NCBI GenBank assembly: GCA_051874735.1
Contig: JBJEGD010000031.1
Span: forward strand, 34,681 to 98,680
Source: Candidatus Bruticola sp.
GTDB taxonomy: Bacteria > Vulcanimicrobiota > Xenobia > Xenobiales > Xenobiaceae
DNA: 64,000 nucleotides
Reading direction: 5' to 3'
In this document: piece by piece, positions 9,973 to 18,994 of the stretch
How the letters are laid out: the number at the start of each line of letters is the position of its first letter
How positions within the stretch are numbered: position 1 is the first letter of the stretch
Program-made: the position numbers and the translations under genes
Notes under the pieces: model-generated
The model's database searches: none
What the model was told of the DNA's origin: nothing
What the model saw: the letters and a program-made list of their open reading frames with translations, nothing else

Positions 9973-11388
9973 GTGGGCATAAAAAAAAGGATTCGCTTTT
10001 TGTTTATTTTGTTCGGATTGCTGCTTCTATTACCGTTAGTTAGTGTAGCCAAATATGGTATTTTTACTCCTGAGAGCTTAAAAAATCATGAGCGCAATCC
10101 AGTTAACGCTGAAAATTGGTCTCTGCTGGGGCGTATTTTAGATCGCAACTTATCGCCTTTAGCTTTTAATAAAGATGGTGAGCGAAGTTATCCACTAGGT
10201 GAGAAAGCTGCCAATGTAACTGGATACGCTAATCCCAAATACAGTCGAGTGGGGCTAGAAGGTGCTTTAGCTGATCGACTGCGCGGGTTCAGCGTTCCTC
10301 GTAGTCCGTCAGAAGCCATAGTTTTGGCTAATAAAAGCGGGCGGTACGGTGACGACGTCGTCACTTCCATCGATTCTGCTTTGCAGTCTGCCGCTTACGA
10401 TGCTTTGTACGGTTATAGGGGAGCAGCTGTAGTGCTCGATGTAAAAAATGGCGATGTTTTAGCTATGGCTTCGCGTCCATCTTACAACCCTAATTTCAGC
10501 GCCTTGGACAGGGACTGGCAGGCTATAAATACTGACAGTGAAGAAGCTCCGCTGTTTGATAGGGCTAAACAGGGGAGTTATCCACCCGGATCAGTAATAA
10601 AACCTTTAGTGATGGCTGCTGCTATAGAAGAAGGAGTCGCTAAGTGGAACTACACATTTTACTGCGGCGGCGGGGTGATGTTTGGCAATTTTTACTTGAA
10701 ATGCACGAGCGATCATAGCCAAATCACTTTGCGGGATTCTTTAGTTTATTCATGTAACGCAACTTTTGGTGAATTAGGTATGCGTTTAGGTATGTCCAAG
10801 TTGCGCAGTTGGATGCATAAATTCAAATTGGACTGTGCTATGCCTATGGTTCCCGGATCTGTAGCGGCGGTGCTGCCTAAATTAGATTCTCCCTCAGCTC
10901 CAGCCGAAGCCGCCATTGGACAGGCCGATACTTTAGTTTCACCTTTGCATATGGCCAGAGTAGCAGCGATCATTGCTAGAGGTGGCGTCGATATTGAACC
11001 GCGTTTGCTGCGCGGTCAGATTCGTTCTTATAATGATGGATACGGTACAGTTTGGCAGTGTCCTGAAGGAAAACATGAACAAATAATCCCTCCAGAAACG
11101 GCAGCTTTAGTAAAATTGGCTATGATTGGTGTAGTTGAGGAAGGCACTGGTTATGGAGCTCAAATTCCTGGAGTGGCAGTGGCTGGCAAAACTGGTTCTG
11201 CAGAAAATCCCCATGGAGATACCCACGCGTGGTTTATAGGTTTTGCTCCTGCCGATGAACCTCGTGTGTGTGTAGCTGTGGTCTTAGAAAATGTCGGCGG
11301 AGGCGGAAGATATGCGGCACCTGTAGCCAAGTCTATTCTTCAAGAGGCCTTGAACGTGCGATCTGAAGTAAATTTGCCCAGTCGTTAA
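9973..11388 (+). CDS. Class B penicillin-binding protein (PbpA-like transpeptidase)
   Basis: SxxK (GSVIK), SxN (SCN) and KTG motifs, HAWF, and an N-terminal TM anchor. Confidence 0.92.
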   Translation: MGIKKRIRFLFILFGLLLLLPLVSVAKYGIFTPESLKNHERNPVNAENWSLLGRILDRNLSPLAFNKDGERSYPLGEKAANVTGYANPKYSRVGLEGALADRLRGFSVPRSPSEAIVLANKSGRYGDDVVTSIDSALQSAAYDALYGYRGAAVVLDVKNGDVLAMASRPSYNPNFSALDRDWQAINTDSEEAPLFDRAKQGSYPPGSVIKPLVMAAAIEEGVAKWNYTFYCGGGVMFGNFYLKCTSDHSQITLRDSLVYSCNATFGELGMRLGMSKLRSWMHKFKLDCAMPMVPGSVAAVLPKLDSPSAPAEAAIGQADTLVSPLHMARVAAIIARGGVDIEPRLLRGQIRSYNDGYGTVWQCPEGKHEQIIPPETAALVKLAMIGVVEEGTGYGAQIPGVAVAGKTGSAENPHGDTHAWFIGFAPADEPRVCVAVVLENVGGGGRYAAPVAKSILQEALNVRSEVNLPSR

Positions 11389-11426
11389 ACTTTATTTTTT
11401 TGTCTATAATTTAAGCTTTTAATTAG

Positions 11427-11453
11427 GCAGGCTTTTTATGGACATGACCGAAG
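11427..11453 (+). promoter_or_regulatory. Putative sigma-H-like promoter upstream of serC, overlapping a possible sigma-70 site (TGGACA-N17-TATATT)
   Basis: GCAGGC-N17-GAAG. Confidence 0.35.
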
Positions 11454-11664
11454 GCCTATATTATATTTGCTTACTGCAGTCTGTGCGGTTGTTGCAGTGC
11501 GTTGCGTTTAAAGGCTAGGCAAAAAGCTTGAGCCGGTATTAACGGCCAGCCGCTGTTTTTTTGAAAAGCAAAAATACGATTAAACTTGGTAAGAATAGGC
11601 TTTATCCCCTATCTTTCAGCGGGATGGAGTATTATAGAATAACCTAACGGAGGGTTATATAGTA

Positions 11665-12771
11665 ATGACTTGTGAATGTGAGAAGCGCGTATTCAATTTC
11701 TCTGCTGGGCCGGCCGTTCTGCCCTTGTCAGCTTTGAAAGAAGCTCAGCGCGATTTAGTGTGTTATCCTGGCGCAGGTGCTTCTGTTATGGAGCTTTCCC
11801 ACCGTGGTAAGGTAATCGACGGCATAATTAAAACTGCTGAGGCCAGACTTCGCCGTCTTTTGAATATTCCTGAAAGCTACCATGTCATGTTCCTGCAGGG
11901 CGGAGCCACCACTCAATTCAGTATGGTTCCAGTTAACTTCTTGGGTGAAAACGGCGCTGATTATCTTGAACAGGGTACCTGGTCAAAGAAGGCTGCTGCT
12001 GAAGCTAAGCGTGTGGGTAACGTCAATATAGTGTGGTCTGGTAAAGAGGGCGGCTTCAGCTCTCTGCCCAAGGATGGCGATTATAAGGTTCGTCCCGAAG
12101 CTTCTTACTTCCACGTTACTTCGAATGAAACTATTCACGGTATTGAGTTTCATCGTGAACCCGAATCTTACGGCGTGCCTATGGTTTGTGACGCTTCCTC
12201 TGATTTCTTAAGCCGCCCCATGGACGTCTCCAAATACGGTCTGATTTATGCTGGAGCTCAGAAGAACGTTGGACCGGCTGGTGTAACTTTGTCTGTAATG
12301 TCTGATGAATTCTATCAGAAGCTTATCCCCGATGATAAGCGCCCCATTATGATGAATTACAAAACTCACGTAGAGAACAAGTCGCTCTATAATACTTGCC
12401 CAGTCTTCTCCATCTATATGGTCGGTTTAGTATTGAAATGGCTGGAAGAAGAGATCGGCGGCCTTGACAAGATGTACGAACTCAACAAGAAGAAAGCGGC
12501 CATACTTTACAAAGCTCTCGATGAAAGTGATGGTTTCTATGCTCCTCATGCTGCTAAGGAAGATCGTTCTATTATGAACGTAACTTGGCGTTTGCCTAGC
12601 GAAGATTTAGAGAAGAAGTTCGCTCAGGAAGCCGAAGCTGTAGGCATGATTGGACTTAAGGGACATCGTTCTGTGGGTGGCATTCGTGCTTCCATTTACA
12701 ATGCGTTCCCCTATGAAGGTGTAGAGCGTCTTATTGAGTTTATGGCTGATTTCCAGAAGCGAAACGCTTAA
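11665..12771 (+). CDS. serC: Phosphoserine aminotransferase
   Basis: FNFSAGPA, LQGGATTQF, PLP lysine in YAGAQKNVGPAG, GHRSVGGIRASIYNA. Confidence 0.97.
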   Translation: MTCECEKRVFNFSAGPAVLPLSALKEAQRDLVCYPGAGASVMELSHRGKVIDGIIKTAEARLRRLLNIPESYHVMFLQGGATTQFSMVPVNFLGENGADYLEQGTWSKKAAAEAKRVGNVNIVWSGKEGGFSSLPKDGDYKVRPEASYFHVTSNETIHGIEFHREPESYGVPMVCDASSDFLSRPMDVSKYGLIYAGAQKNVGPAGVTLSVMSDEFYQKLIPDDKRPIMMNYKTHVENKSLYNTCPVFSIYMVGLVLKWLEEEIGGLDKMYELNKKKAAILYKALDESDGFYAPHAAKEDRSIMNVTWRLPSEDLEKKFAQEAEAVGMIGLKGHRSVGGIRASIYNAFPYEGVERLIEFMADFQKRNA

Positions 12772-12835
12772 AAGGTCCTTTTCTGGGTACGGTTAGACTG
12801 TTAGCTAATATCTGTACCTTTAAAATTTAAATACG

Positions 12836-12882
12836 AGAACCTATGTTGCTCTGTATTCAGAGTTAGATAGGTTCTTTTTTTT
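12836..12882 (+). terminator. Intrinsic terminator after serC
   Basis: AGAACCTAT...ATAGGTTCT stem followed by a T-run. Confidence 0.7.
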
Positions 12883-13015
12883 GATTGTGAATAATTTTAT
12901 TGAAAAATAAAAGAACATAAACTGTAGGCTAGTATCTTAATTAAGGTAGAACATTTTTGTTCCTTGTATTTATTTTTTTGAAGCAAAAAAGTATAGAAAG
13001 GATGGCTGCAAGCGT

Positions 13016-14488
13016 ATGAGTGAAGCAGAGAAAGAACAGCTGCAAAATTCTGTGCCAATCGTAGCAAAACTAGATATGGCTAAACAAATGAAAAAACCTA
13101 GAGCTTTACTCGCCGGTCTGGGAAAGACGGGACGGGAACTTGCCAAAAGATTGCTTGATTCCTGGCAGCTTATTGCTGTAGATAAAGATGCTGAAACTAT
13201 ATCCGCTTGTCGTCAAAGTTTGGGCGAAGAAGGTATAGAATTTATTTGCGGAGATGTCTCCAGTCTTTTAGTGCTGCGCCGCGCTAAAGCTGATGAAGTC
13301 AAGATGGCCGTTTCTATTCTGGGAGATGACGAAGCTACAGAAATTTTTTGCTCGCTTATGCGCAGTAAGTTCACCTCAGCTTTTCTTTATGCTCAGGTTG
13401 TAAATGAAGAAAATGTGAAGAAAATCAAGCAACTTGGAGTTGAAGTAAGTTGTCGTAGCAGTGCTATGGCTTCAGTCTTGGCGGCTCAAGTCGATTCTTC
13501 GCGCAAAATCGCCGATAATATTGGTCTAGGTATGGGAGAAATATCAGAAATAAAAATTCTTCCTCACTCAGTAGTAATTGGCCGCTCCCTGATGCAGCTT
13601 CACCCTCAGTCTTACTTAGTTGGAGCTATTTATAGAAAAGGAAAATTGGTTGTTCCTCATGGTCAAACCGTATTTGAAGCTGATGATCGCGTAGTCCTAA
13701 TTGGTGATCCGGCCGTTTTGCCGCGCATCGCTGGATATTTCCGCAGCGGTTTTTCCAGTTTCCCTATGCCTTACGGATCTAAATTTGTGACTTTAGGCTA
13801 CGGAGAAAAAACGCCAGTAGAAGTAGCCACTGAGGCCGCTTGGTTGTCCAAAAGCGTACAGGAGACAAATTCTGCTATTGAATCTTTAATTTGGCCTATA
13901 TCAGGCAGTAAATCTACCGAACTTCACCAAATATTGGAAAAACAAGACTGCGGCTGCTTGGCTGTTCCTGATTCTCCGTTCAACATGTGGCAGCTTATAG
14001 GCTTATTACCTCACAAGCTAATGGATATATTAAACAGAGCCAACCGTCCTTGCCTAATTGCTCGAGGTTCTTGCCCCTACAAAAGGATCGTTCACGTTGT
14101 TACGCCTCGTCATCCTCGCAGTTTAGAATTGGCTTTAGTATTAGTCCGATCTTTGGGCCTAAATTTTATTTGTTTAGCTGTGAAGCCTGAAGAAATGGTT
14201 GTAGGCGAGGAACAAAATAATGAACTGCAGGCTAGTCTGCAAAGAGCGCTAAAAATATCGTCTTCTTATTCTGTGTCTGCTGAAAGCGTCTGCTTGGAAG
14301 GAAATCCTGTACACAAAGTTATAGAATTTTTGCAGGATTCCGATCTCTTGGTAATAGCTCATAGACAAAATCACCGGATCTCTTTAATGTCCCCAGATGT
14401 CTCACGCCAGATCATTATGCGTTCCAAATGTTCTGTTATGGTACTGCCTCACGGCGGAAGAGCCGACTATGCCAAAATAACTGAGTAA
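13016..14488 (+). CDS. TrkA-type RCK_N/RCK_C protein fused to C-terminal universal stress protein-like domain(s)
   Basis: Rossmann motif AGLGKTG and GD; RCK_C segment IYRKGKLVVPHGQTVFEADDRV; USP-like GNP...DLLVI...SRQIIMRSKCSVMV. Confidence 0.75.
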   Translation: MSEAEKEQLQNSVPIVAKLDMAKQMKKPRALLAGLGKTGRELAKRLLDSWQLIAVDKDAETISACRQSLGEEGIEFICGDVSSLLVLRRAKADEVKMAVSILGDDEATEIFCSLMRSKFTSAFLYAQVVNEENVKKIKQLGVEVSCRSSAMASVLAAQVDSSRKIADNIGLGMGEISEIKILPHSVVIGRSLMQLHPQSYLVGAIYRKGKLVVPHGQTVFEADDRVVLIGDPAVLPRIAGYFRSGFSSFPMPYGSKFVTLGYGEKTPVEVATEAAWLSKSVQETNSAIESLIWPISGSKSTELHQILEKQDCGCLAVPDSPFNMWQLIGLLPHKLMDILNRANRPCLIARGSCPYKRIVHVVTPRHPRSLELALVLVRSLGLNFICLAVKPEEMVVGEEQNNELQASLQRALKISSSYSVSAESVCLEGNPVHKVIEFLQDSDLLVIAHRQNHRISLMSPDVSRQIIMRSKCSVMVLPHGGRADYAKITE

Positions 14489-14510
14489 AATTGAGCAAAG
14501 GGGCGATTAT

Positions 14511-15710
14511 ATGGATGAATTTTCTTTGCAAACGGCCAACAATCTGCTTTTTTTGGCTATTGGAGCTTTTTTTGTGCCTTTATTGTGCCGTCCTCTGCGC
14601 ATGCCCGCTTCTATAGGAGAAATACTTTACGGCATTTTAGTAGGTCCTTATGTAATGAAACTAGTTCAGTTGGATAGTTTCTGCTCTCTTATTGGCGAGT
14701 TGGGCTTTTTTCTGCTTCTTTTTAATGCTGGTTTAGAACTTAATTTCCATTCTATTGAAACGTCAGGAAGACACAAGTTAATGTCTATGGCTGGCGTTGT
14801 GACCCTTATTTTCGCCTTTTCTTATGCTGCCGTTGTTTTGTTCGGTCTGCAGCCGTTTGTGACTATGATTATTGCTGCTACCTCTATAGGTTTACCTATT
14901 ATGCTACTTCAGGAAACTGGACAAGGTAAAAAGCCTTTCGGACAACAAATATTAGTTGTTGGTACAATAGGCGAATTTAGTTGTATTGTGGCTGCAGCTT
15001 TTATCGCCGCTTGGAACAGCTCTGGAGGTTTGAATGCTGCTTTGGCCATGAGTATGGTTAAAATGCTGCTTATCTTTGTTTTGGCCTATTTTATGTTGGT
15101 AGTCCTACGTTCAGCTGTGTGGTGGCGTCCAGAGTCTTTTAGTCGTGTGGTGGCCGCTCACGATCCTTCAGAAATAGGAGTAAGGGCTGGTATGGCTCTT
15201 ATGTTCATGATGGTAGCGGTTGCCATCCATTTAGGGCTAGATGCAATTTTGGGAGCATTTATGGCCGGAGCTCTTTTTAGTTGTGTTTTCAGAGCTAAAG
15301 GTCCATTAGAAATGAAATTTCTGAGTTTAGCCAACGGTTTTTTTGTGCCGGTCTTTTTTATTCGAGTGGGCTTAGAGTTTAAATTAGACATGGCTCTTAA
15401 GTCAGACTGGCGTACTCTTATTATTCTTTTCCTTTCTATGTTGGTAGTGCGTTTAATGGCCTGTTTATGCTACTGGAATCCTGCTGCCTCTGGATGGTTA
15501 GGCCGCTTCAAAGAATCTTTGGCTGCTTCATTTATTTTAGCAGCCCCTCTTACTTTACTGGTTGTTTTTGGCAGTTTAGGGCTTAAGATGGGAGTAATTA
15601 GCGAAGACTTTAATGCCGCAGTCATTCTCTTGGCTGTTGTATCTTCAATAGTTTGGCCGTTTTTGTTCAAAATGTGTCTACCTTGGATAGAAGAGGGAAC
15701 AGAAAAGTAG
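14511..15710 (+). CDS. CPA2-family cation:proton antiporter
   Basis: GEILYGILVGP, LLFNAGLE, ILGAFMAG, FFVPVFFIRVG; about 12 TM segments. Confidence 0.88.
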   Translation: MDEFSLQTANNLLFLAIGAFFVPLLCRPLRMPASIGEILYGILVGPYVMKLVQLDSFCSLIGELGFFLLLFNAGLELNFHSIETSGRHKLMSMAGVVTLIFAFSYAAVVLFGLQPFVTMIIAATSIGLPIMLLQETGQGKKPFGQQILVVGTIGEFSCIVAAAFIAAWNSSGGLNAALAMSMVKMLLIFVLAYFMLVVLRSAVWWRPESFSRVVAAHDPSEIGVRAGMALMFMMVAVAIHLGLDAILGAFMAGALFSCVFRAKGPLEMKFLSLANGFFVPVFFIRVGLEFKLDMALKSDWRTLIILFLSMLVVRLMACLCYWNPAASGWLGRFKESLAASFILAAPLTLLVVFGSLGLKMGVISEDFNAAVILLAVVSSIVWPFLFKMCLPWIEEGTEK

Positions 15711-15831
15711 ACAGCTTATACTCGATAGCAGGGATTAAGTTTTCCAAAAACTAATCTTGGCTAAAATTGATTGCTTGGGGGGTCGGGGCTGCTTCGACTT
15801 CCCAATCTATAAGGAGAAAAAGCCGCTGTAT

Positions 15832-16662
15832 ATGGTTACAGACTGGATCTGTTTTGTTTGTGGAGATGATAACCATATCTCTGAATCTGTCTGCAAAAAT
15901 TGTGGAGCAGAGCGTCCTTTAGCTGTACAAGGATTTTCTAGTTTTGAAGACAGCTCAAACTATGCTGAAAATGCATTTGACCATTTCAGTTCGGAAAGTC
16001 TTCCGGAAACTATCAAAGTTAAGGATGTTTTGCATTCTTTGCAAAATTGCCTTAACCGGGCGGTTTCGTCTTCAGTTGATAGCGAGAAGTTTAAGTTTAT
16101 GCTTGCTCCTATACTAGAAATTTGGGAAGCGCTTTATACTCGTGCTGATGATTTTATAACCGAATTAGATGACAAACATCTGGCCGAACGTATTAAAATT
16201 AGGCAAAGCGATTCCTACTTTATTTTTAAACTTGCGGCCATGCAATTTGAAATGTACAGTCCTGAGAACATACAGCCTGTGCGTATCGGCATGATGCTGT
16301 CCAAAATAGCTGGTGAAGGCTTAGATTGGTTGCTATCTTTTGCTCAAAGTCGCCAGTTTCCCGATGAAGCTAGTCGCGATTTAATAGCCGCTCCCATAGA
16401 CGCCTATCTTAAAGGTGAGCTTGATGCCGATTCTTATTTCGACGCTATCTGCAACGCCGACGATTTTTTGGGAGACTGCTTAGATGACGGTATCTGTTCT
16501 TTCCATGAAGCGATAAATGAAGCTAAGAAATTCGATGGCCAAACTTACACTTTGCTTTTAAATACCAGAGAAGCTGCTTCCGAAGCTAATGAAAAGTGGG
16601 TAAAAGCTATAGTGGCTACCCATTCCGATTTACCTTTGCCCGCCGTTGAAGGTGCATACTGA
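15832..16662 (+). CDS. Hypothetical protein: N-terminal RanBP2-type zinc finger plus acidic helical domain (paralog of 18198..18965)
   Basis: WICFVCGDDNHISESVCKNC matches W-x-C-x2-C-x3-N-x6-C-x2-C; AAGGAG SD upstream. Confidence 0.75.
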   Translation: MVTDWICFVCGDDNHISESVCKNCGAERPLAVQGFSSFEDSSNYAENAFDHFSSESLPETIKVKDVLHSLQNCLNRAVSSSVDSEKFKFMLAPILEIWEALYTRADDFITELDDKHLAERIKIRQSDSYFIFKLAAMQFEMYSPENIQPVRIGMMLSKIAGEGLDWLLSFAQSRQFPDEASRDLIAAPIDAYLKGELDADSYFDAICNADDFLGDCLDDGICSFHEAINEAKKFDGQTYTLLLNTREAASEANEKWVKAIVATHSDLPLPAVEGAY

Positions 16663-16781
16663 CGAATTATTTGTGTAAAAAAATAGTTAACTTTAACTGA
16701 ATCTTTAAAATGTCTATAGACAAATATTAGTTTATGAGGTATTTAACTTCCAATCAACGTAGGATTGGATGGGTGATTGGT

Positions 16782-17969
16782 ATGTCAGTGAGTGGTATTA
16801 GTAGTTCGTCTTCTTCATACGCTCAGCGCGCAGAGGCTCAGCGTCGGGCTGAGGAGCAGCGTCGCATAGAAGAACAGCGCAAAGCTGAAGAAAGGCGCAA
16901 AGCTGAGGAGAAAAAGAAGGCTGAGGAGCAAAGAAAAGCTCAAGAGCAGAAAAAGGCTCAAGAAAAACAAAAGAGTGAAGCTGCTCAGGCTAAGAACGAC
17001 AGCGGTTTGAAGCTGAAGGTCGATACAGCTGTACGCGGCGGTGCTGGAATCGACAATATTAACATTCTGCTCAAAAACGATCCTTTGAGCAAGAGTCTAG
17101 GAGATGATAAGCTCTCTCGAGGTCTGGCCGAAGATTTGCTGAGTCAGTCTCAGAGCAGACTGAGCAGTACTTCTGACTTCGTTCGCATGAACAATCAGCT
17201 TAACGGAACTGCTAATAATACAGCTAAGGTTGAAGGTACGGGGAATACCGATAACCAAGATGGTAAAGGATTTGGCGATATAGTTGGAGATGTGTACGGC
17301 ACTGCTGACACCGTACGCGATAAGTTTGGTAAAGTTCAGAAGGCTGCTGGTAAGTCTGCTGACGTATTACATGATGCCAACAAATTTACTAAACTTGCCG
17401 ATAAGCTCGACGACGTAGGCAAGTTCGGCAGCAAAGGTATGGGTTTAGCTGGTGAAGTCAGCGATGTTATCAACTTCGCCGCCGATACGGGCAAGTTGAT
17501 TTCCGGTGAGAATGTTGATGGTTTATCTTATGCCAAGACTAGCAGCGATTTTGCCAGCACTGCTTTGGGAGCTGCTGGTAAGATCGGTACTAAGTTTGTA
17601 GATAAAGCTGCTGCTGCAGGTGCTACCGCCTCTACGGCCACTAAAGTGGCTGGTAAGATTGGTGGAGTGGCTACTACCGCTTCTAAAGCTGTGCCTGTTC
17701 TGGGTATAGCCAGTGGTGTGTTTAGTACGGCTAGCGGTATTAAAGATATTGTTGAAGGCGTCCAAGGTCAGCATGATGCCGACACCAGTAACGATAAAGA
17801 GTCTAATAAAAAGGTTGTCACTGGCACTGCTGGCACTATAGCCGGCTTAGCTACTACTACAGCTGGTGTGCTTGCCATGACCGGAGTAGGAGCTCCAGTG
17901 GCGGCTGTAGCTCTTGGAGTAGCCGCTGCGGCTGAGTTATTCAAAATTGGTTACGATCTATTTGCTTAA
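16782..17969 (+). CDS. Hypothetical protein: Ser-rich N-terminus, E/K/R/Q charged helix, Gly/Ala-rich hydrophobic C-terminus
   Basis: Long ORF; ATG at 16782 follows GGGTG; terminator downstream. Confidence 0.75.
   Translation: MSVSGISSSSSSYAQRAEAQRRAEEQRRIEEQRKAEERRKAEEKKKAEEQRKAQEQKKAQEKQKSEAAQAKNDSGLKLKVDTAVRGGAGIDNINILLKNDPLSKSLGDDKLSRGLAEDLLSQSQSRLSSTSDFVRMNNQLNGTANNTAKVEGTGNTDNQDGKGFGDIVGDVYGTADTVRDKFGKVQKAAGKSADVLHDANKFTKLADKLDDVGKFGSKGMGLAGEVSDVINFAADTGKLISGENVDGLSYAKTSSDFASTALGAAGKIGTKFVDKAAAAGATASTATKVAGKIGGVATTASKAVPVLGIASGVFSTASGIKDIVEGVQGQHDADTSNDKESNKKVVTGTAGTIAGLATTTAGVLAMTGVGAPVAAVALGVAAAAELFKIGYDLFA
16821..16975 (+). repeat. Degenerate 18-bp coding repeat giving 6-aa units of type (R/K)(R/K)AEEQ
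   Basis: RRAEEQ RRIEEQ RKAEER RKAEEK KKAEEQ RKAQEQ KKAQEK. Confidence 0.75.
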
Positions 17970-18011
17970 AGCTGACTAAACGCACTCTCTATGTATAACA
18001 GGGGAGCTGCA

Positions 18012-18057
18012 AAGAGAGAGCCGCAGCAATATTGGGTGTCTGCGGCTCTCTCTTTTA
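18012..18057 (+). terminator. Intrinsic terminator
   Basis: AAGAGAGAGCCGCAG...CTGCGGCTCTCTCTTTT. Confidence 0.8.
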
Positions 18058-18197
18058 CTTTAATTCAGTTATAAATGAAGGCAGCTATATATCTTTTACG
18101 ATATAAAAGGAAGCTGCCTATGAATATGAAAAAATATTTTAGAGCCGTTAGCTTGAGTCGCAGCGGCCAAGCCCAGAAAAAATTTGGAGGAGTTTTT

Positions 18198-18965
18198 ATG
18201 AGTTCTTCAACTTCCGGTTGGTCTCCGGAGAAAGAATCTGGCTCTCATGCCTCTGATCCAGCCGATATTTCTAAGTATACAGGCTTAATTAAGCTGGCAG
18301 CGCAAGTGAGCCGACATGAAATTGAACCTGAAATTTTCCTTCAGGGCGTATACGATATATTTAAAGAACTTGAGAAAGCTTACACTGCCGTTAAAGTTGA
18401 ACTTGGTAAATTAAAAGATGAAGATAACGAGAATTATCTTAAGGCTCTTTTAGAAAGCATCGACGACGCCTATTACATTATACGCTTAGGTCTTATGCAG
18501 TTTGAAGCTTTTGTGAACAAAGACGAAGCTCTCGGCCTGAGGGTGGGTATGCAGCTGACTATGAACGGTATTAAAGAATTTAATGATATAACTGCTCGTG
18601 TTCAGGCAGCTGCAACAGGCGATAATCTCTATAACAGTAAAGATATTATCTGCGCTTTAGGTTCAGCTGTTTTGCAAAATAATGAGAGCATAGAAGACTT
18701 TCTTAAGGCTCTTCAAGGGTTGGAAAAGATTTTCGAGCCTTTGGAAAATGAGGTGCGCCGCTTACAAGAAGAGGTAATTAATGGAGCTAAAGAGCTAATC
18801 GATTTCGACGGCGACGAAGAAGCGCTTATTGAACAGGCTCTAAAGGTGCGCCACTTGCTTCCTCGTCTTGAAGATGCTTATGGTTATTTAATTATTGCCT
18901 CTCACTCGCCTAAAGTAGTTAATCAGGTCTGTAGTGATAAAATAGTCAATTATGCTGTTAAGTAA
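18198..18965 (+). CDS. Hypothetical acidic helical protein (paralog of 15832..16662, without the zinc finger)
   Basis: GGAGGA SD before ATG at 18198; shares DAYYIIRL..MQFE...LRVGM, SKDII.A and IIASHS blocks with the paralog. Confidence 0.75.
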   Translation: MSSSTSGWSPEKESGSHASDPADISKYTGLIKLAAQVSRHEIEPEIFLQGVYDIFKELEKAYTAVKVELGKLKDEDNENYLKALLESIDDAYYIIRLGLMQFEAFVNKDEALGLRVGMQLTMNGIKEFNDITARVQAAATGDNLYNSKDIICALGSAVLQNNESIEDFLKALQGLEKIFEPLENEVRRLQEEVINGAKELIDFDGDEEALIEQALKVRHLLPRLEDAYGYLIIASHSPKVVNQVCSDKIVNYAVK

Positions 18966-18994
18966 ACAATAAAAGTTTGTTGGCATCTGTTCAT

